Translations under genes and position numbers: made by a program
Shown here: one piece after another, positions 55,287-57,504 of the stretch
Position numbering within the stretch: the stretch's first letter is position 1
How the letters are laid out: every line of letters begins with the position of its first letter
The notes under the pieces: generated by a model
The model's database searches: none
What the model saw: the letters and a program-made list of their open reading frames with translations, nothing else
What the model was told of the DNA's origin: nothing
Virus record (IMG/VR): IMGVR_UViG_3300048636_000153
Span: 1-57,504 of that record
DNA: 57,504 bases
Reading direction: 5' to 3' (one strand)
Source of the DNA: a virus
Lineage: Duplodnaviria > Caudoviricetes

Positions 55287-56492
55287 CTATGCCGCCTGTA
55301 CACCCGTTTGTGTGCCTTCTGTGGCAGCTTCCTGCGCGATACGGTCTAGCAATGCGTCTGCACTGACTGTGAAGCGCATGTCTTCGCCCCACTGCTTGTG
55401 ATGCACAATGGCTAGCATGTCGCGCCCACTGCGATAACCTGATGCAAAGTGCCATGTATCTTTAGCCGCTAGCGTTCGCACCGACTCCACAACCACGCCT
55501 CTAAACTCTTGCTTGCTCGTATGATGGATGTGGCCTGTGTACCAGTAGCGCTTTGCCGTGCGTCCCCATGCCTGCGCTTGGTCTGACGCCATGATGCTTT
55601 CAAGGTCTTTTGTCTTGTAGGTGTGTCCGTGCGTCGCGCCAATGAGCACGCTGCCCCATTCCAGGTAGTCAGCAGGCGCAGGGTTCACAGGCACATCAAC
55701 GCGCTTGTCATTGCGATAGTACGCAGATAGAGCCACAGCCAGCATGATCGATGTATGGTCATCATGGTTGCCCAGCCTGTTCCAGACTGTGACGCTTGCA
55801 TGATGCTCCAGGCAGCGGTCGATATGGTAAACCATGAGCTCCATACCTGCCTGCAAAATGTCATAGTAGCGCCCATCCACGTCCAACGCGTTGTTGCTAC
55901 GCAGCGTGCGGTTGTCGATGTTGTCAGAGTGGAAGAAGTCACCAAGGTTGATGACAAGCGCTTGTGGTGTGGGTGGTGTGCGTGCTGTGAGGTCGTCTAT
56001 CGCTGATTGCATCACCGCGATAGCGCTTTGCAGGTTCCATACTTCGCCCGTCTCATTGCGCGATGCGTATAGCCCCAAGTGCGGGTCGCCCATCGGGTAC
56101 ACCGTCAGCAGGTCTGCATCAGCGTCGGCCTTCGATGTGCGCTTGACTGCTGTGAGGCGTGGCGTCACTTTACGTGGTAGCTCTGCAAGGATGCGCTCTA
56201 GTATCTGCTCACGGCTTTCGCGCACACGGTCAGTCTTCACCCACTGCGGAACCTCTGTGCCATCGGCAAGCTTTACTGTTGCATATGTGGATAAGCCCTT
56301 AACGCGGTGACCCGGTGGCACGATAGCCGGGTCATACTCCGGTGCTTGCTGCTTGCGATAGTCCTTTACCGCATTGTGTACCTTGCGCGCATCAATGCCT
56401 AGCTGGCGCGCTGTCTCTGCTTGCGAGATGTCATTAGCCTCGTTAGCGATGGCTATCTTGGCTATCTCAATGCGTTCTTTGCTAATTGCCAT
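55287..56492 (-). CDS. HTH plus calcineurin-like metallophosphoesterase
   Basis: GDPHLG, GDFFH, GNHD, THGH, GHIHH; N-terminal SQAETARQLGI. Confidence 0.85.
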   Translation of the reverse strand: MAISKERIEIAKIAIANEANDISQAETARQLGIDARKVHNAVKDYRKQQAPEYDPAIVPPGHRVKGLSTYATVKLADGTEVPQWVKTDRVRESREQILERILAELPRKVTPRLTAVKRTSKADADADLLTVYPMGDPHLGLYASRNETGEVWNLQSAIAVMQSAIDDLTARTPPTPQALVINLGDFFHSDNIDNRTLRSNNALDVDGRYYDILQAGMELMVYHIDRCLEHHASVTVWNRLGNHDDHTSIMLAVALSAYYRNDKRVDVPVNPAPADYLEWGSVLIGATHGHTYKTKDLESIMASDQAQAWGRTAKRYWYTGHIHHTSKQEFRGVVVESVRTLAAKDTWHFASGYRSGRDMLAIVHHKQWGEDMRFTVSADALLDRIAQEAATEGTQTGVQAA

Positions 56493-56535
56493 GTCGTCAC
56501 CTGTCACCCTGCCCTGTCTGCATTAATATACCGAT

Positions 56536-56554
56536 ATTATAGCACGGTTGTGCT
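56536..56554 (-). promoter_or_regulatory. Palindromic operator fused to an extended -10
   Basis: Minus strand AGCAC-AACC-GTGCT-ATAAT. Confidence 0.6.
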
Positions 56555-56930
56555 AGTCGGTTTGTTCGGCTTTGCTAACGGTATCCATGAATGGCACTTC
56601 CGTTGCTGCGGCGTGAATGTCATGTAGCGCTTCCTCAAATTCATGCGACTCTGCACGCCCAACGCGGTTGGCGATATACTTCAATGCACCATGTGCTACA
56701 TGCAAGGCATGACGCAAGCGCGCCAACTCCTGTGCTTGCTCGTAGTGCGCGTTGGCTGCTTGGATGCATTCTTGCAAAGCTTGGTCATAGCCTTCTTTGC
56801 CAACGCGATATTTCTCGTAAGCGACATACTCCCAACCGCTTGGCTCATATACGGTCCAGATATTAGGATGCGTGTCTCCGTCACGAAACTTGTACCCGTG
56901 CTGCTCTAATTCCGGTTGTGTCAGTGCCAT
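56553..56930 (-). CDS. Small protein, paralog of 19646 and 22188
   Basis: TQPELEQHGYKF...WTVYEPSGW...AANAHYEQ. Confidence 0.65.
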   Translation of the reverse strand: MALTQPELEQHGYKFRDGDTHPNIWTVYEPSGWEYVAYEKYRVGKEGYDQALQECIQAANAHYEQAQELARLRHALHVAHGALKYIANRVGRAESHEFEEALHDIHAAATEVPFMDTVSKAEQTD

Positions 56931-56935
56931 CTTGT

Positions 56936-57160
56936 TTACTCCTGTGTTAGCGCAGCAATACTTGCCTGCACAGCGTTCTTGATGCGGATAACATCGTCAG
57001 CAGCCTGACCAATGTGCGCGCTGTCTTCCAGCATACCTAACATGTGCAATGCGTCTGCCATCTGCACCAATGCTGTGTTCGCTGCGAGCGCTGATGCTTC
57101 GACGCGACCTATGTTGCGCAACTTCTTTTCGTGTGCCATCTTGTATAACCTTTCCTTCAT
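56936..57160 (-). CDS. Hypothetical protein
   Basis: Co-oriented ORF; start may be the second Met. Confidence 0.5.
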   Translation of the reverse strand: MKERLYKMAHEKKLRNIGRVEASALAANTALVQMADALHMLGMLEDSAHIGQAADDVIRIKNAVQASIAALTQE

Positions 57161-57377
57161 TCATGATAAGCTATCCGGTCGATCTGATATTACTCTTGAT
57201 AATTCGCAAGTTTGTTCTACGCTATCCCAACCTGCGATATATGCTAACCTGCCCTACCGACACCCGCCCCATATGCGCGTTTTATGGCCTAAAAACGGCC
57301 TTTTTACGCGATTGCAGGGGCATCGGGCATGGTGGGGTAGGTGGCTACTTAGGCGGCCTCGTCTAGGGACGCCTCTA

Positions 57378-57504
57378 GGTCTGCAATTACCTTTCTTAGC
57401 AAATCAGCAGCCTCTTGTAATTCTTTCTTAGTTCCATTATCAAGCACGTCTCTGACGTACTCGCCTAGAAACTTATGGTATTGTTCGTTTATAAAGTCGT
57501 TTAA
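57378..57504 (+). repeat. Terminal direct repeat, right copy
   Basis: Identical to 1-127. Confidence 0.95.

Noticed and set aside
57378-57504. 127-bp repeat as a biological terminal repeat
   Set aside because: The length equals a common assembler k-mer and the repeat falls mid-gene, so it is most likely a circular-assembly overlap.
1-57504. cas genes, reverse transcriptase/DGR, tRNA genes, IS elements
   Set aside because: None were recognised by eye in the ORF track or sequence; their absence was not confirmed computationally.

Overview
The window looks like a complete circular tailed-phage genome of about 57,377 bp. The first 127 bp repeat at the end, and an ORF reads straight through the join. 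It has siphovirus-like structural genes with no tail sheath. It carries ParA, a primase and a DnaB-like helicase but no recognisable integrase, so a phage-plasmid lifestyle is inferred. A Chloroflexota-like host is tentatively inferred from the CRISPR repeat type and SOS-box-like operators. Layout: leftward partition/regulatory operon (5523 to 1, wrapping round), divergent promoters at about 5.65 kb, rightward early/replication genes (5.8-20.7 kb), accessory block (20.75-27 kb), late packaging/head/tail/lysis genes (27.3-54.5 kb) and a short leftward block (54.7-57.2 kb). The most striking signal is at 20752-25049: eight co-oriented 28-bp Xer/dif-like sites (11-bp arm, variable 6-bp spacer, 11-bp arm). 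They sit at gene boundaries and split the region into seven cassettes, suggesting an integron-like cassette array. One cassette holds only a Cas-less CRISPR mini-array. Other highlights: a candidate -1 frameshift (G GAT TTT plus a 13-bp hairpin) joining a carbohydrate-binding protein to a beta-helix protein, ParA paired with an LmbU-like protein instead of ParB, a dispersed 14-bp palindrome, a promoter-driven structured ncRNA, and a candidate antisense RNA upstream of the replication genes. All protein calls come from motif recognition by eye; no database searches were run.
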